Source: Chloroflexota bacterium
GTDB lineage: Bacteria; Chloroflexota; Dormibacteria; CF-121
Direction of reading: 5' to 3'
DNA: 64,000 nt
Assembly (NCBI GenBank): GCA_005882045.1
Contig: VBHO01000010.1
Location: 680 to 64,679 of the forward strand
Positions 37,838-46,566 of this stretch are shown in pieces; the stretch's first letter is position 1, and each line of letters starts with the position of its first letter. The position numbers and the translations under genes were made by a program. The notes beneath the pieces were generated by a model. The model searched no databases. It worked only from the letters and a program-made list of their open reading frames with translations, and had not been told where the DNA came from.

Positions 37838-38410
37838 ATGCCCGAGACGCCCGAGCAACTGTACCTTCGTGCCGCGAAAGCGCTGCGCATGCCAGCGGTC
37901 CAGGAGTGGGATACGTTTCCCTTCGACGGTGAGATGCGACCGCGTGCCCTGCAGCCGCCGGGCGAGCATGAGGTGCGCCGGAGCGGCGAAGGCGGAGTCG
38001 ACTGCAAGGCGTGCGCCGCTCCCGACAGCGACTTCCTCTGGACCACGGAGCGCTGGCGTCTTCACAGCCTGCCCAGGCCTTCGGGCCTGCCGGTCATCCT
38101 CTTGCTCCAGCCGCGGGCTCACTACGGAGAACCCGGCGACCTACCGGACGCGATGGCCGCCGAGCTGGGAACCCTTCTGGCCCGCATTGAACGCGCGGTA
38201 CGCAGCATCGACGGCGTTGGACGGGTTCATGTCTGCCGCTGGGGCGACGGCAGCGAGCACCTCCACTGGTGGTTCATGGCGCGTCCCGCACGCTTTCCTC
38301 AGCTGATCGGGAGCTTTGCCGCTATCTGGGACGACGTTCTGCCGGCTACACCGGACAGCATCTGGCGCGACAACCTCGCACTGGTCATCCGCGAATTGAA
38401 TCGCGCCTAG
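37838..38410 (+). CDS. HIT-like protein with degenerate triad (HLHWWF).
   Basis: ...CKACAAPDSDFLWTTERWRL...GDGSEHLHWWFMARP has the HIT topology but the third His is replaced. Divergent from the canonical HIT gene. Confidence 0.5.
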   Translation: MPETPEQLYLRAAKALRMPAVQEWDTFPFDGEMRPRALQPPGEHEVRRSGEGGVDCKACAAPDSDFLWTTERWRLHSLPRPSGLPVILLLQPRAHYGEPGDLPDAMAAELGTLLARIERAVRSIDGVGRVHVCRWGDGSEHLHWWFMARPARFPQLIGSFAAIWDDVLPATPDSIWRDNLALVIRELNRA

Positions 38411-38748
38411 CGGATCAGGTGTGACAGCACGGTGCTGATGATCACGTAGATCACATACCCGATGAGGATCTGGACGAAGCTCAGGTCGAAGTGCACGTTG
38501 AGGATCCCCTGGAGGACCGCAAAGGAGAGCGCGAAGAGCAGCGCGTTGAGGACGATGATGAACAACCCGAGCGTCAAGATGGTGACGGGAAGGGTCAGGA
38601 TGAGGAGCACCGGCCGGATGATGGTGTTGACCAGCGCCAGGATCACGGCCATGACGATGGCCGCACCGAGAATGCTGGAGTGAATGTGCCAGATGAAATA
38701 AAAGACGAATAGCAGGGCGACGATGTGGATCAGGAAGCGCGTCAGCAC
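38407..38748 (-). CDS. Small 4-TM membrane protein, phage_holin_4_2 (PF04020)-like.
   Basis: MLTRFLIHIVALLFVFYFIWHI...AIVMAVILALVNTIIRPVLLILTLPVTILTLGLFIIVLNALLFALSFAV matches the mycobacterial 4-TMS holin-like family pattern. Last gene of the minus-strand operon. Confidence 0.55.
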   Translation of the reverse strand: MLTRFLIHIVALLFVFYFIWHIHSSILGAAIVMAVILALVNTIIRPVLLILTLPVTILTLGLFIIVLNALLFALSFAVLQGILNVHFDLSFVQILIGYVIYVIISTVLSHLIR

Positions 38749-38757
38749 GCGGACATT

Positions 38758-40725
38758 CTATCCGGGCGGGACCGCGTAGATCTGGTAGCTCGCAGTATGC
38801 AGCACCAGTCGGAAGGTGGTGTTGAAGTAGTCAAGATTCGGACGAAGCGTCGTCATCTCATTCGGACCGACGACAACGTAATCGGCATGATATTGATGCA
38901 ATAAATCAAGGGCGGTTGCGCCGCCAGCGTAGATTCGCTGGATATCCGCTTCGCGGCGCGTGTAGTTGATGCCGTAGCTCCACAGCCAGCCTGGATAGCT
39001 CATCAGCACCGAACGTCCGGCGAGGTCGGCAATCGGGTTGTTCGGTTGCTCGCCGGTGACGAAGACCGCCTTCGGTGGCGTCTGTTGCCGCACCTGAGCC
39101 GCCAGCTGCACCTCCTCGTTCGTGAACCAGACGTAGGCCGGGCCCTGGGGCGGCAGGAATTGCAGCAGCGACAGCACGCCAGACCCAACCAGGCTCAGCC
39201 AGATCGCGGCCGCGACCACGGCGCCGGCCAGGTGCGCGCGCGCCAGCCGGACGAGCACGGCCTCGACGGCGACCGCACTCGCCATGTACCAGAAGACCAG
39301 CAGTTTGCTGTTGTCCCAGTCCCAGGGTTGAAACTTGATGAGGTTGGCCACAAGGAACACCAGGCTGAAGGGCGCGATCAGCAGGCGCATCCGCCCCCGC
39401 AAGGCCAGCGGACTCAGCAGGGCGAGCAGCAGGAGCGGCCAGAACAGCCCCGTGTTCTTGATCCAGAACCAGGGCGGGAAGTCCGTGCCCGATACCCAGC
39501 CGATCAGCCACCGCGGGTACTGGTGATCGGGCGGCGCGCCGGGATCCCCCGGCACCGCCATCAGCAGTCGCGGCACGGCCAGCACCGCCATGACGGCGAA
39601 GAACCCGAGCCACGCCGGCCGCGGAAAGAGCAGCGCCCAGCAGACGGTCACGATGCCGAGCACGACCAGGCTGTGCACGTGGAAGAGGGGCAGCACGCCC
39701 GTCAGCCCGCCGGCGGTAAGGAAGGCAACGGCGTCGCTCTTGATCGTCCAGCGCCGCCACGACCGACGGATGGCGTCGATGGTTTCGCGCCAACGGAAGA
39801 ACGGCGTCGTCAGGAGTGGCGGCGTCAACAGCAGCAACACCGCCATCACGATCGCCGCGCCGAAGACGAACGATCGCTGCGGGAGGTAGTAGGAGAGAAT
39901 CGGGTTGTACCACTGGATATTGACCGGCGGATCGAATCGGTCGTAGCTGCGCGGAATATGCAGCAACGTATCGAGCAGCCCCAGTCGTGCCGCATCGCCA
40001 AAAAAGAACCAGAATCCGACCCCGCCCCCCAGCAAGGTCAGCGTGACCGCGATGACGCCGGCAGCGGTCCCGCCCGTGAGCCGCCGCGCCCAGAAGATCA
40101 GTCCGCTGAGCGCGAGCACCGTCATTCCCAGGCTCGGCCAGGCTAGCGCGGCCGGGATGGTCCATCCGCCCGCGACCAACAGGGCGCTGGCAAAGTCCGG
40201 CGCAAACGTGTATCGGAACGGCGTCCCCGCGAAGATCGGATTCTGCGGCGGCAGGTTGTGGCCGTAGACGAAGGTGGTCGTGTAGCTGGCGTGGAACGAC
40301 CAGTCGGACCAGGTGTTGTTGTAGTGCGCCATCCAGGCGTCGGGGGTTACCTCCACCGCCCGGAGGAAGAGGTAGCCCATGGTCAGCGCGACAACGGCGA
40401 TCGCGACGGCGACGGATATTGTGGCGGGCTGGGCCCATGGCCGCGTGGCCGCCGCGGAACGGAGCCGCGGGAGGTGGCGCCATAGCTGGAATCCGCCGGC
40501 CGCCAATCCGAGTAGCGCCAGCAGGAGGACGAGCCCACCGGTGACCCCTAACGCGAGCGCGAGCACATAGCCCAGCAGCGTGAGCCCCACCACCGCCAGC
40601 ACGATGCCGATCACCGCGCGCTCGCCCCACGTCAGCCAGGGCGGCCCACCGGCGGCCAGGCCGAGCCCGAGGATGAGACAGCCGGCGACGAGCGCTAGCC
40701 CGGGGAAGTCCAGTAGCAGAGGCAC
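38758..40725 (-). CDS. 655-aa polytopic membrane protein, possible GT-C-type glycosyltransferase or polysaccharide polymerase (unassigned family).
   Basis: More than 12 predicted TM helices with large loops. No motif I can assign. Co-operonic with PMT. Confidence 0.45.
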   Translation of the reverse strand: MPLLLDFPGLALVAGCLILGLGLAAGGPPWLTWGERAVIGIVLAVVGLTLLGYVLALALGVTGGLVLLLALLGLAAGGFQLWRHLPRLRSAAATRPWAQPATISVAVAIAVVALTMGYLFLRAVEVTPDAWMAHYNNTWSDWSFHASYTTTFVYGHNLPPQNPIFAGTPFRYTFAPDFASALLVAGGWTIPAALAWPSLGMTVLALSGLIFWARRLTGGTAAGVIAVTLTLLGGGVGFWFFFGDAARLGLLDTLLHIPRSYDRFDPPVNIQWYNPILSYYLPQRSFVFGAAIVMAVLLLLTPPLLTTPFFRWRETIDAIRRSWRRWTIKSDAVAFLTAGGLTGVLPLFHVHSLVVLGIVTVCWALLFPRPAWLGFFAVMAVLAVPRLLMAVPGDPGAPPDHQYPRWLIGWVSGTDFPPWFWIKNTGLFWPLLLLALLSPLALRGRMRLLIAPFSLVFLVANLIKFQPWDWDNSKLLVFWYMASAVAVEAVLVRLARAHLAGAVVAAAIWLSLVGSGVLSLLQFLPPQGPAYVWFTNEEVQLAAQVRQQTPPKAVFVTGEQPNNPIADLAGRSVLMSYPGWLWSYGINYTRREADIQRIYAGGATALDLLHQYHADYVVVGPNEMTTLRPNLDYFNTTFRLVLHTASYQIYAVPPG

Positions 40726-42338
40726 CAGTTGGGTAGCGGCTTGGTCAGGGCAAACCAGACGTGGCTGTTCAGGGCCTCGCCCGTGAGCGGCAGCCCGGTC
40801 CAGAGCGGATAGAAGTAGATGAAGAAGCCGATCACCATCACCAGGTAGGCATAGGCGGGCACCGCCCCATTGAAGCGGACCGCCATCCCGGGCAGGCGAC
40901 CGGAGAGCGTACGGAGATAGGTGAGCGCAAGCGACAGGGCGAGGAACATCGCCGGTAGCCCGCCCAGCATGTGGTAAAGGAAGAGCCCGCGTGGCACCCG
41001 CGAGAGCGGCAGCCAGGCGCTAAAGAACGAGACGAGGATGAAGATCGAGGCATAGAGGCGCTGGTCCGTAGGTCCTGCCGCAGCGCGCCGCGCCGCTTCC
41101 GCTGGATCGAGCTCGCGCCGAAAGCGATGGTCGCGGATCAGCGCCGGCAATCCAATCGCGATCCCCGCGATCGAAAAAGTCGCCGCCCACCAGATCAGCG
41201 GATTACCCAGGTTGAAAATTTCCGCGACCAGCGTCGAGCCGCTGGATTGATCGACGCCGAGCCCCTGGCCCGCGTAGTAGTAGACGACCGGCCGGAAGTC
41301 GAGCGGCCAGGACCACCAGGGGCTGTAGAAGATGTGGTCCGCTTTGAGATTGATGTGGTAGAGCCAGGTCTGCCGGTGCCATTCCGCGATCTCGGTCCAG
41401 GCCGCACCGGGGTTGACGTGGAAGGGCGCGAAGCCGAGTGCCGGCTGCGGTAGGTTCGTGATTCCGTGGGTGATGGTGACGTAACGGATGAAGGTCAAGC
41501 CGTAAACGATCGCCGGCAACAGGGCGAGGCTGAGCAGTGCGATGCCGGCGGTGGCGCTGTCGTAGCGGGTCCAGCGAACGATCAGGCGAAAGACGAGGAT
41601 CACGATGATGACGCCGTAGGCGGCCAGCGTCGTCCACTTGGCGCCCAGCGCGAGGCCGAGCGTGATGCCGGTGAGCACGATCATCCAGCGCCGTCGAGTC
41701 ACCGTGTCGGCGTTGAGGTGGAGGTGGAACAGCAGATACGCCAGCACCACGAGCGTGATCGGGATGATGTCGATCACGGCCGTGCGCGCCTCGACGAAGG
41801 TCATGCCGTCGAAGGCGGTGAGCACGCCGGCGGCGATCGCGAAGAACCGCACGGACAGTAGCTGGCGGGCGAGCAGGTACATCAGGGGGATCAGCGCCGT
41901 GCCGAAAAGCACCGGCATGAAGCGCCAGCCGAAGGAGTTGAATCCGAACAGCTTGATCCCGATCGCGATCATCAGCTTGGCGAGCGGCGGCTCGGGATCG
42001 AAGTAGTCCTGGCCCAACAGGTCCTTGTTGGCATCGTTGGCGAAGTAGAGCTCGTCGAACACGAAGGGAGAGTTGGGTGCGATGTCGTTCGGTTTGCCCA
42101 GCCCCGCAATCGATGGATCCTGGTAGTTGTGCCCGATACCCCAGGCACTGACGGGCGACGCTGATCCGGGGTGGGCAAAGATGTCGAGAAAGATCGGGCT
42201 GGCGAAGCGAAGCATGCCCGCGACCAGCGTCAGGGCAATCAGCCAGTAGAGGTCGGTGCGGTCGAGGCGCCACCACGCGGCGCGCGAAACTCGCCGGGTC
42301 AATGCGGTCGGAGCCTTAAGTGTTGGCCCCGCTTGCAT
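40695..42338 (-). CDS. pmt: Dolichyl/polyprenyl-phosphate-mannose protein O-mannosyltransferase (PMT family, GT39).
   Basis: First-loop DE motif VFDELYFA, with polytopic topology (ALIPLMYLLAR...). Start chosen at internal ATG 42338, forming an ATGA overlap with the upstream gene stop. The 712-aa ORF-track entry is an over-extension. Confidence 0.75.
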   Translation of the reverse strand: MQAGPTLKAPTALTRRVSRAAWWRLDRTDLYWLIALTLVAGMLRFASPIFLDIFAHPGSASPVSAWGIGHNYQDPSIAGLGKPNDIAPNSPFVFDELYFANDANKDLLGQDYFDPEPPLAKLMIAIGIKLFGFNSFGWRFMPVLFGTALIPLMYLLARQLLSVRFFAIAAGVLTAFDGMTFVEARTAVIDIIPITLVVLAYLLFHLHLNADTVTRRRWMIVLTGITLGLALGAKWTTLAAYGVIIVILVFRLIVRWTRYDSATAGIALLSLALLPAIVYGLTFIRYVTITHGITNLPQPALGFAPFHVNPGAAWTEIAEWHRQTWLYHINLKADHIFYSPWWSWPLDFRPVVYYYAGQGLGVDQSSGSTLVAEIFNLGNPLIWWAATFSIAGIAIGLPALIRDHRFRRELDPAEAARRAAAGPTDQRLYASIFILVSFFSAWLPLSRVPRGLFLYHMLGGLPAMFLALSLALTYLRTLSGRLPGMAVRFNGAVPAYAYLVMVIGFFIYFYPLWTGLPLTGEALNSHVWFALTKPLPNWCLCYWTSPG

Positions 42339-42883
42339 CAGCTCGATTGGCCGCGCAGCCGGCCCTTGATCTGCGCCACGAAATCGTCGACGCCGACGAT
42401 CGGGATCACGATGTCCGCGCCGGCAACCAGACGCGGGCCGAGCTGTCGTTCGGCCGTTTCGATCAGGTCGGCCCGACGGCGGTCGAGCCGGATGTAGGCG
42501 GCGGGCCCACGCCCCAGCCGGCGGACGAAACGGTTGACGAAGCGACGCCGTTCCGCTGGCTGGAAGGCGACCTCGAGCGGTTGGCGGCGGACCCGCGCCA
42601 GCGCGGTGTAGGGCAGCTCGATGTGACGCAGCAGGTAGCGGATCTGGAGCCCATCGTTCGACACGTCGATGTAGGAAATCCGCTGCATCAGCCAGAAGGC
42701 GACAAGAACGACGCCGTCGAGGACCGTGACCGGAATAAAGGAAACGATCGACTGGTGCTGGACCTGCTTGATGACGATCAGCACCACCAGGATGATGAAA
42801 AAGCCGCCGTAGAACCACTTGCCGTCGTTCCAACGCTGGACCGAATAGAGGATCGGATAGCGGCGCCGCGTCGTGTCGCTCAT
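42338..42883 (-). CDS. Membrane-anchored bacterial PH-domain protein (bPH_2/DUF304-like).
   Basis: Two N-terminal TM helices followed by a bPH_2-like segment (...IRYLLRHIELPYTALARVRRQ...IRLDRRRADLI). ATGA-coupled to both neighbouring genes. Confidence 0.55.
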   Translation of the reverse strand: MSDTTRRRYPILYSVQRWNDGKWFYGGFFIILVVLIVIKQVQHQSIVSFIPVTVLDGVVLVAFWLMQRISYIDVSNDGLQIRYLLRHIELPYTALARVRRQPLEVAFQPAERRRFVNRFVRRLGRGPAAYIRLDRRRADLIETAERQLGPRLVAGADIVIPIVGVDDFVAQIKGRLRGQSS

Positions 42884-43977
42884 CGCGCCACGCGGACGGT
42901 CCCGGTGCGTTCCATCAGGTGGTCGGCGCCCTCGAAGTAGGTGTCGAGATTGGGCTGCTGCTGCAACCATTGCCAGTACTCGCGGACCATCGCCTCCAGG
43001 CCGGACTGCGCCTCCCACCCCTCAGCCTTCAGCCGGCTGACGTCCGGAACGACATGTCGCGGATCCCCCACGCGGTAGCGGCCCGGCGTCTCCGGGGCGA
43101 GGTCGCGCTCGGCGATGCGCAGAAGGGTGCGCGCGAGGTCGATCACCGCGTGGGCGCGGCCGGTGGCCACGTTGTAGGCGCCGGGCGGCAATCCGGTGAT
43201 GGCCGCCAGGTTGGCGCGCGCCACGTCCTCGACATCGACGAAATCGCGCAGCTGGTTGCCGTCCTCGAGCAGCAACGGGGCTTGACCGTGCGCCAGGCGG
43301 AGCGCAGCGATTCGGAGCGCGCCGTAGTACGCGTTCTGAAACGGTTGGCCCTTTCCCTGGACGGCGCCATAACGCAGGATGACCCACTCGATGCCATGCC
43401 GGTCGCCCAGCAACCGAACCAGGTCTTCCTGCGCTAGCTTGCTGAGACCGTAGGCGCTGGTCGGCCGGGTGACCGACTCATCGGTGATCATCGGCGTGAT
43501 CGCGCCGCCGCAAATCGGACAGGGCGGATCCCAGACGCCGCGCTCGAGGACGTCCACCCGGCGCGGCAGCGGGTAAACGTCGCCATCCTTGCCGCATCGA
43601 TACTTGCCCTCGCCGTAGACCGCCGTCGTCGATCCCAGCACGATCCGCCGCACCGATGTCTTTCCCTCGAGTAGAAGCTCGAACAGGATGGCGGTGCCGA
43701 CGGCATTGATGTGAAACAGCTTGCTGAATGACGGCAGGTAGTCGTGGTAGTCGGCGAGATGCACGACCACCTCGTTCTCCTTCAGCGCCTTGACCCAATC
43801 CTCACGCTTGCGGATGTCGCCCTCGACCAGCTCCATCCCGGCGGGTAGCGCCGGCGGGCCATCGTGGGCGGGTGGCGAGAGGTTATCGAGGACCGTGACC
43901 TGGTGCGCCTGCTTGAGAAGAAGCTGGCCGGTGCGCTGACCAATGAAACCGGCCCCGCCGGTGATCAGCACCCTCAT
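42880..43977 (-). CDS. NAD-dependent epimerase/dehydratase (SDR, UDP-hexose 4-epimerase-like) with a Cys-rich insertion.
   Basis: Rossmann motif MRVLITGGAGFIG and catalytic YxxxK (SAYGLSK). Insertion YRCGKDGDV...PPCPICGG has four Cys arranged as a zinc ribbon. Confidence 0.75.
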   Translation of the reverse strand: MRVLITGGAGFIGQRTGQLLLKQAHQVTVLDNLSPPAHDGPPALPAGMELVEGDIRKREDWVKALKENEVVVHLADYHDYLPSFSKLFHINAVGTAILFELLLEGKTSVRRIVLGSTTAVYGEGKYRCGKDGDVYPLPRRVDVLERGVWDPPCPICGGAITPMITDESVTRPTSAYGLSKLAQEDLVRLLGDRHGIEWVILRYGAVQGKGQPFQNAYYGALRIAALRLAHGQAPLLLEDGNQLRDFVDVEDVARANLAAITGLPPGAYNVATGRAHAVIDLARTLLRIAERDLAPETPGRYRVGDPRHVVPDVSRLKAEGWEAQSGLEAMVREYWQWLQQQPNLDTYFEGADHLMERTGTVRVAR

Positions 43978-44102
43978 TGCTGGGGACTATAGCTGACGCT
44001 CGATCGAGCCCCGATCCATTCCCGTGACAGCGCCGTTACGGCCCCTTCACTGGTCCTTAACAGTGCCACCGATATCGTGATCCCCGCTTCCCCTTCCTTG
44101 AA

Positions 44103-44137
44103 GGCCGAGACCCCAATCTCGGCCTTTCTTCTTTTTT
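44103..44137 (+). terminator. Intrinsic terminator-like hairpin + T-tract, plus-strand oriented.
   Basis: GGCCGAGA-CCCCAA-TCTCGGCC perfect 8-bp stem followed by TTTCTTCTTTTTT. No plus-strand CDS lies upstream. Confidence 0.5.
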
Positions 44138-44153
44138 GCGCCCGGCGCTTGGG

Positions 44154-44954
44154 TCACATCCGGGCCCCCTCGAGCGCGCGCTGACAGTTGCAACTCGGGG
44201 TGGTTGGGATGATCGGGATCAGGGTGGCCAGCAGGTCGCGAACCCGGCTGATGTTGCCGCCCAGCACGCGCATCACGTCGTGCGCTTGAACGGCCGCCAC
44301 CTCGGGCGCTTCCTCGAGCCCGGCATCGTAGTCGGTCACCAGCGAGAGGTTGAGGTAGCACATCTCCAGCTCGCGCGCCAGGATCACCTCTGGGTACTGG
44401 GTCATGCCCACGATGTCCCAGCCCATTCGACTGAACCAGCGGCTCTCGGCTCGCGTCGAGAAGCGCGGCCCCTGCACCACGACCACGGTTCCCGAAGGTT
44501 GAAACCGCAGCGATTGTTGTTCCGCGATGCGACCGGCCAGCGAACGCAGCTCCGGACAGTACGGGTCGGCGGCGCTGATGTGAACGACATCGGGTCCCGG
44601 ATAGTAGGTGTCCGCTCGACCGGTGGTGCGATCGAAGAACTGGTCACAGATCACCAGGTCTCCCGGATGCAGGTCAGGCTTCAGGCTGCCCACCGCGGAC
44701 GGGCCGACGATCCGCTTGACGCCAAGTTCGTGCATGGCCCAGACGTTGGCGCGGAAGTTGACGAAGGGCGCGGAGACCTCGTGGTTGGGTCCATGACGCG
44801 GCAGAAACGCCACGCTGCGTCCCCCAAGCTCGGCCAGCGCGATCGACCCGCTGGGTGGGCCATAGGGCGTCGCGATCTCGATCTCGTCGGCGGCGTCGAG
44901 CCACTCGTAGAAGCCGGACCCGCCGAAAATGCCGATCTCCGCCGTGGGCGACAT
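44154..44954 (-). CDS. mtnP: 5'-methylthioadenosine / purine nucleoside phosphorylase (MTAP family).
   Basis: N-terminus IGIFGGSGFY, ...RHGPNHEVSAPFVNFRANVWAMHELGV..., MTQYPEV. About 266 aa. Confidence 0.85.
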   Translation of the reverse strand: MSPTAEIGIFGGSGFYEWLDAADEIEIATPYGPPSGSIALAELGGRSVAFLPRHGPNHEVSAPFVNFRANVWAMHELGVKRIVGPSAVGSLKPDLHPGDLVICDQFFDRTTGRADTYYPGPDVVHISAADPYCPELRSLAGRIAEQQSLRFQPSGTVVVVQGPRFSTRAESRWFSRMGWDIVGMTQYPEVILARELEMCYLNLSLVTDYDAGLEEAPEVAAVQAHDVMRVLGGNISRVRDLLATLIPIIPTTPSCNCQRALEGARM

Positions 44955-45751
44955 CAGCTCCGGACGTGGCCGCGTGGCGAGACCTGTTCAGCGTAGCGAG
45001 CGAGGTCGTTGATGCGCGGCTGCGAGGAGCACACCGGGCAGTCGGCGTCGCGCGGAAACCTGGTGATGCGGGTGTCGCCGCGCAGGCCATCGTGCTGAAA
45101 GATGCGGCCGCTCAGCGGCGTGCCCACGTTGAGAATCACCTTCAGCGCTTCCTCCGCCTGCACGCTTCCGACGACGCCGGTCGCCGCCCCGATGATGCCG
45201 GCCTCCTCGCAGGTTTCGATATCGGCGTCTTGGGGGGGATCGCGGAAAAGGCAGCGCAGACACGGTCCGTCAGGGAGCACCGTCGTGACCTGGCCGCCCC
45301 AGCGCAGGACTGCGCCATGCACCAGCGGTTTGCGAAGCAGGACGGCCGCATCGTTCAAGAGGAACTTCGTCTCGAACGAATCAGTGGCATCGACGACGAC
45401 GTCGTACTCCGCCACAATGGCCTCCACGTTCGATGCGCGAACGTTCTCCTGGCGAGCATCCAGCCGGAGGGCGGAGTCGAGGATCAGTAGTCGGCCGGCC
45501 GCCGCTTCGACCTTGGGCCGGCCCACGTCACAGTCCTCGAAGAGGATCTGCCGGTTGAGATTCGAGAGTTCAACCTGCTGGTCGTCGATCAGGCCGAGCC
45601 TCCCCACCCCGGCCGCCGCCAGGTAGAGGGCGACGGGCGAACCCAAACCCCCGAGGCCGACGATCGCGACCGAGGCACGTTCGAGCCGCTGCTGCCCGGC
45701 CTCGCCGACCTCAGCGAGGATGCGTTGACGATGATGCCGCTCGGCGGTCAT
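44954..45751 (-). CDS. ThiF/MoeB-family E1-like adenylyltransferase with CxxC...CxxC zinc motif (no rhodanese domain).
   Basis: HHRQRILAEVGEAGQQRL...VAIVGLGGLGSPVALYLAAAGVG (glycine-rich ATP loop). CLRC ... CPVC. Confidence 0.8.
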   Translation of the reverse strand: MTAERHHRQRILAEVGEAGQQRLERASVAIVGLGGLGSPVALYLAAAGVGRLGLIDDQQVELSNLNRQILFEDCDVGRPKVEAAAGRLLILDSALRLDARQENVRASNVEAIVAEYDVVVDATDSFETKFLLNDAAVLLRKPLVHGAVLRWGGQVTTVLPDGPCLRCLFRDPPQDADIETCEEAGIIGAATGVVGSVQAEEALKVILNVGTPLSGRIFQHDGLRGDTRITRFPRDADCPVCSSQPRINDLARYAEQVSPRGHVRS

Positions 45752-46566
45752 CGGCGTCCCTCCGCCGCCGCGGCGACGGCGCGGTAATCGGCGAGCGATG
45801 TGATGCTGGGTCGGTCACCACAGGTTGGACACGCGGGATTGCGACGGTAGCGCACCTCACGAAAGGTCATCGCCATGGTGTCGTGCAGCAGCACGCGGTT
45901 CACCAGCGGCTCGCCCGTACCCGTGATTTGTTTGATGGTCTCGGCGGCCTGGATGGTGCCGATGATGCCGGGTAGCGCGGCCAGGACTCCGACCTGTTCG
46001 GATTCTTCGATCGCGCCGGCCGGTGGCGGTTCCGGATAGAGACACCGATAGCAGCCACGACCCGGGGTGAAGACCGTCACCTGCCCCTCGATGCGAAAGA
46101 TGCTGCCGTGCACCAGCGGCTTGCGCAGCAGGTAGGCGGTATCGCTGAGCAGGTAGCGGGCACGGAAAGTGTCCGTGCCATCGACGATCACGTCGTAGCG
46201 TTGCAGCAGCTCCATCGCGTTGTGTTCGTCGACGGTGGCCTCGACCGCGTCGACCTTGATACCAGGATTCAAGCCGCCGACGGTTCGCGCCGCACCGTCG
46301 ACTTTGGAACGGTTCAGTCCCGCCATCGAATGGATCACCTGTCGTTGCAGGTTCGAGAGCCGGACGTGGTCGTGGTCGGCGAGACCGATGGTGCCCACGC
46401 CCGCCGCTGCCAGGTAGAGCGCCACCGGCGAACCGAGCGCGCCGACGCCCACGATCAGCACGCTCGAGCGCAGCAGTCGCCGCTGACCGGCGGGCCCGAT
46501 CTCAGCCAGCGCCAGATGGCGGGCGTACCGCTGTCGCTGTTCGGCCGTCAGCGATGCCTCGGACAT
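45748..46566 (-). CDS. Second ThiF/MoeB-family E1-like adenylyltransferase (tandem paralog).
   Basis: RYARHLALAEIGPAGQRRL...VLIVGVGALGSPVALYLAAAGVG. CYRC ... CPTC. ATGA overlap with the downstream paralog. Confidence 0.8.
   Translation of the reverse strand: MSEASLTAEQRQRYARHLALAEIGPAGQRRLLRSSVLIVGVGALGSPVALYLAAAGVGTIGLADHDHVRLSNLQRQVIHSMAGLNRSKVDGAARTVGGLNPGIKVDAVEATVDEHNAMELLQRYDVIVDGTDTFRARYLLSDTAYLLRKPLVHGSIFRIEGQVTVFTPGRGCYRCLYPEPPPAGAIEESEQVGVLAALPGIIGTIQAAETIKQITGTGEPLVNRVLLHDTMAMTFREVRYRRNPACPTCGDRPSITSLADYRAVAAAAEGRR

Noticed and set aside
40695-42833. N-terminal 165-aa extension of the PMT ORF, and similar extensions on oppF (22073-23518) and the NDP-sugar pyrophosphorylase (to 19552)
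   Set aside because: The extensions are Arg/Pro-rich and overlap upstream genes. Internal starts coincide exactly with ATGA/GTGA coupling to the upstream stop, so the shorter models were adopted.
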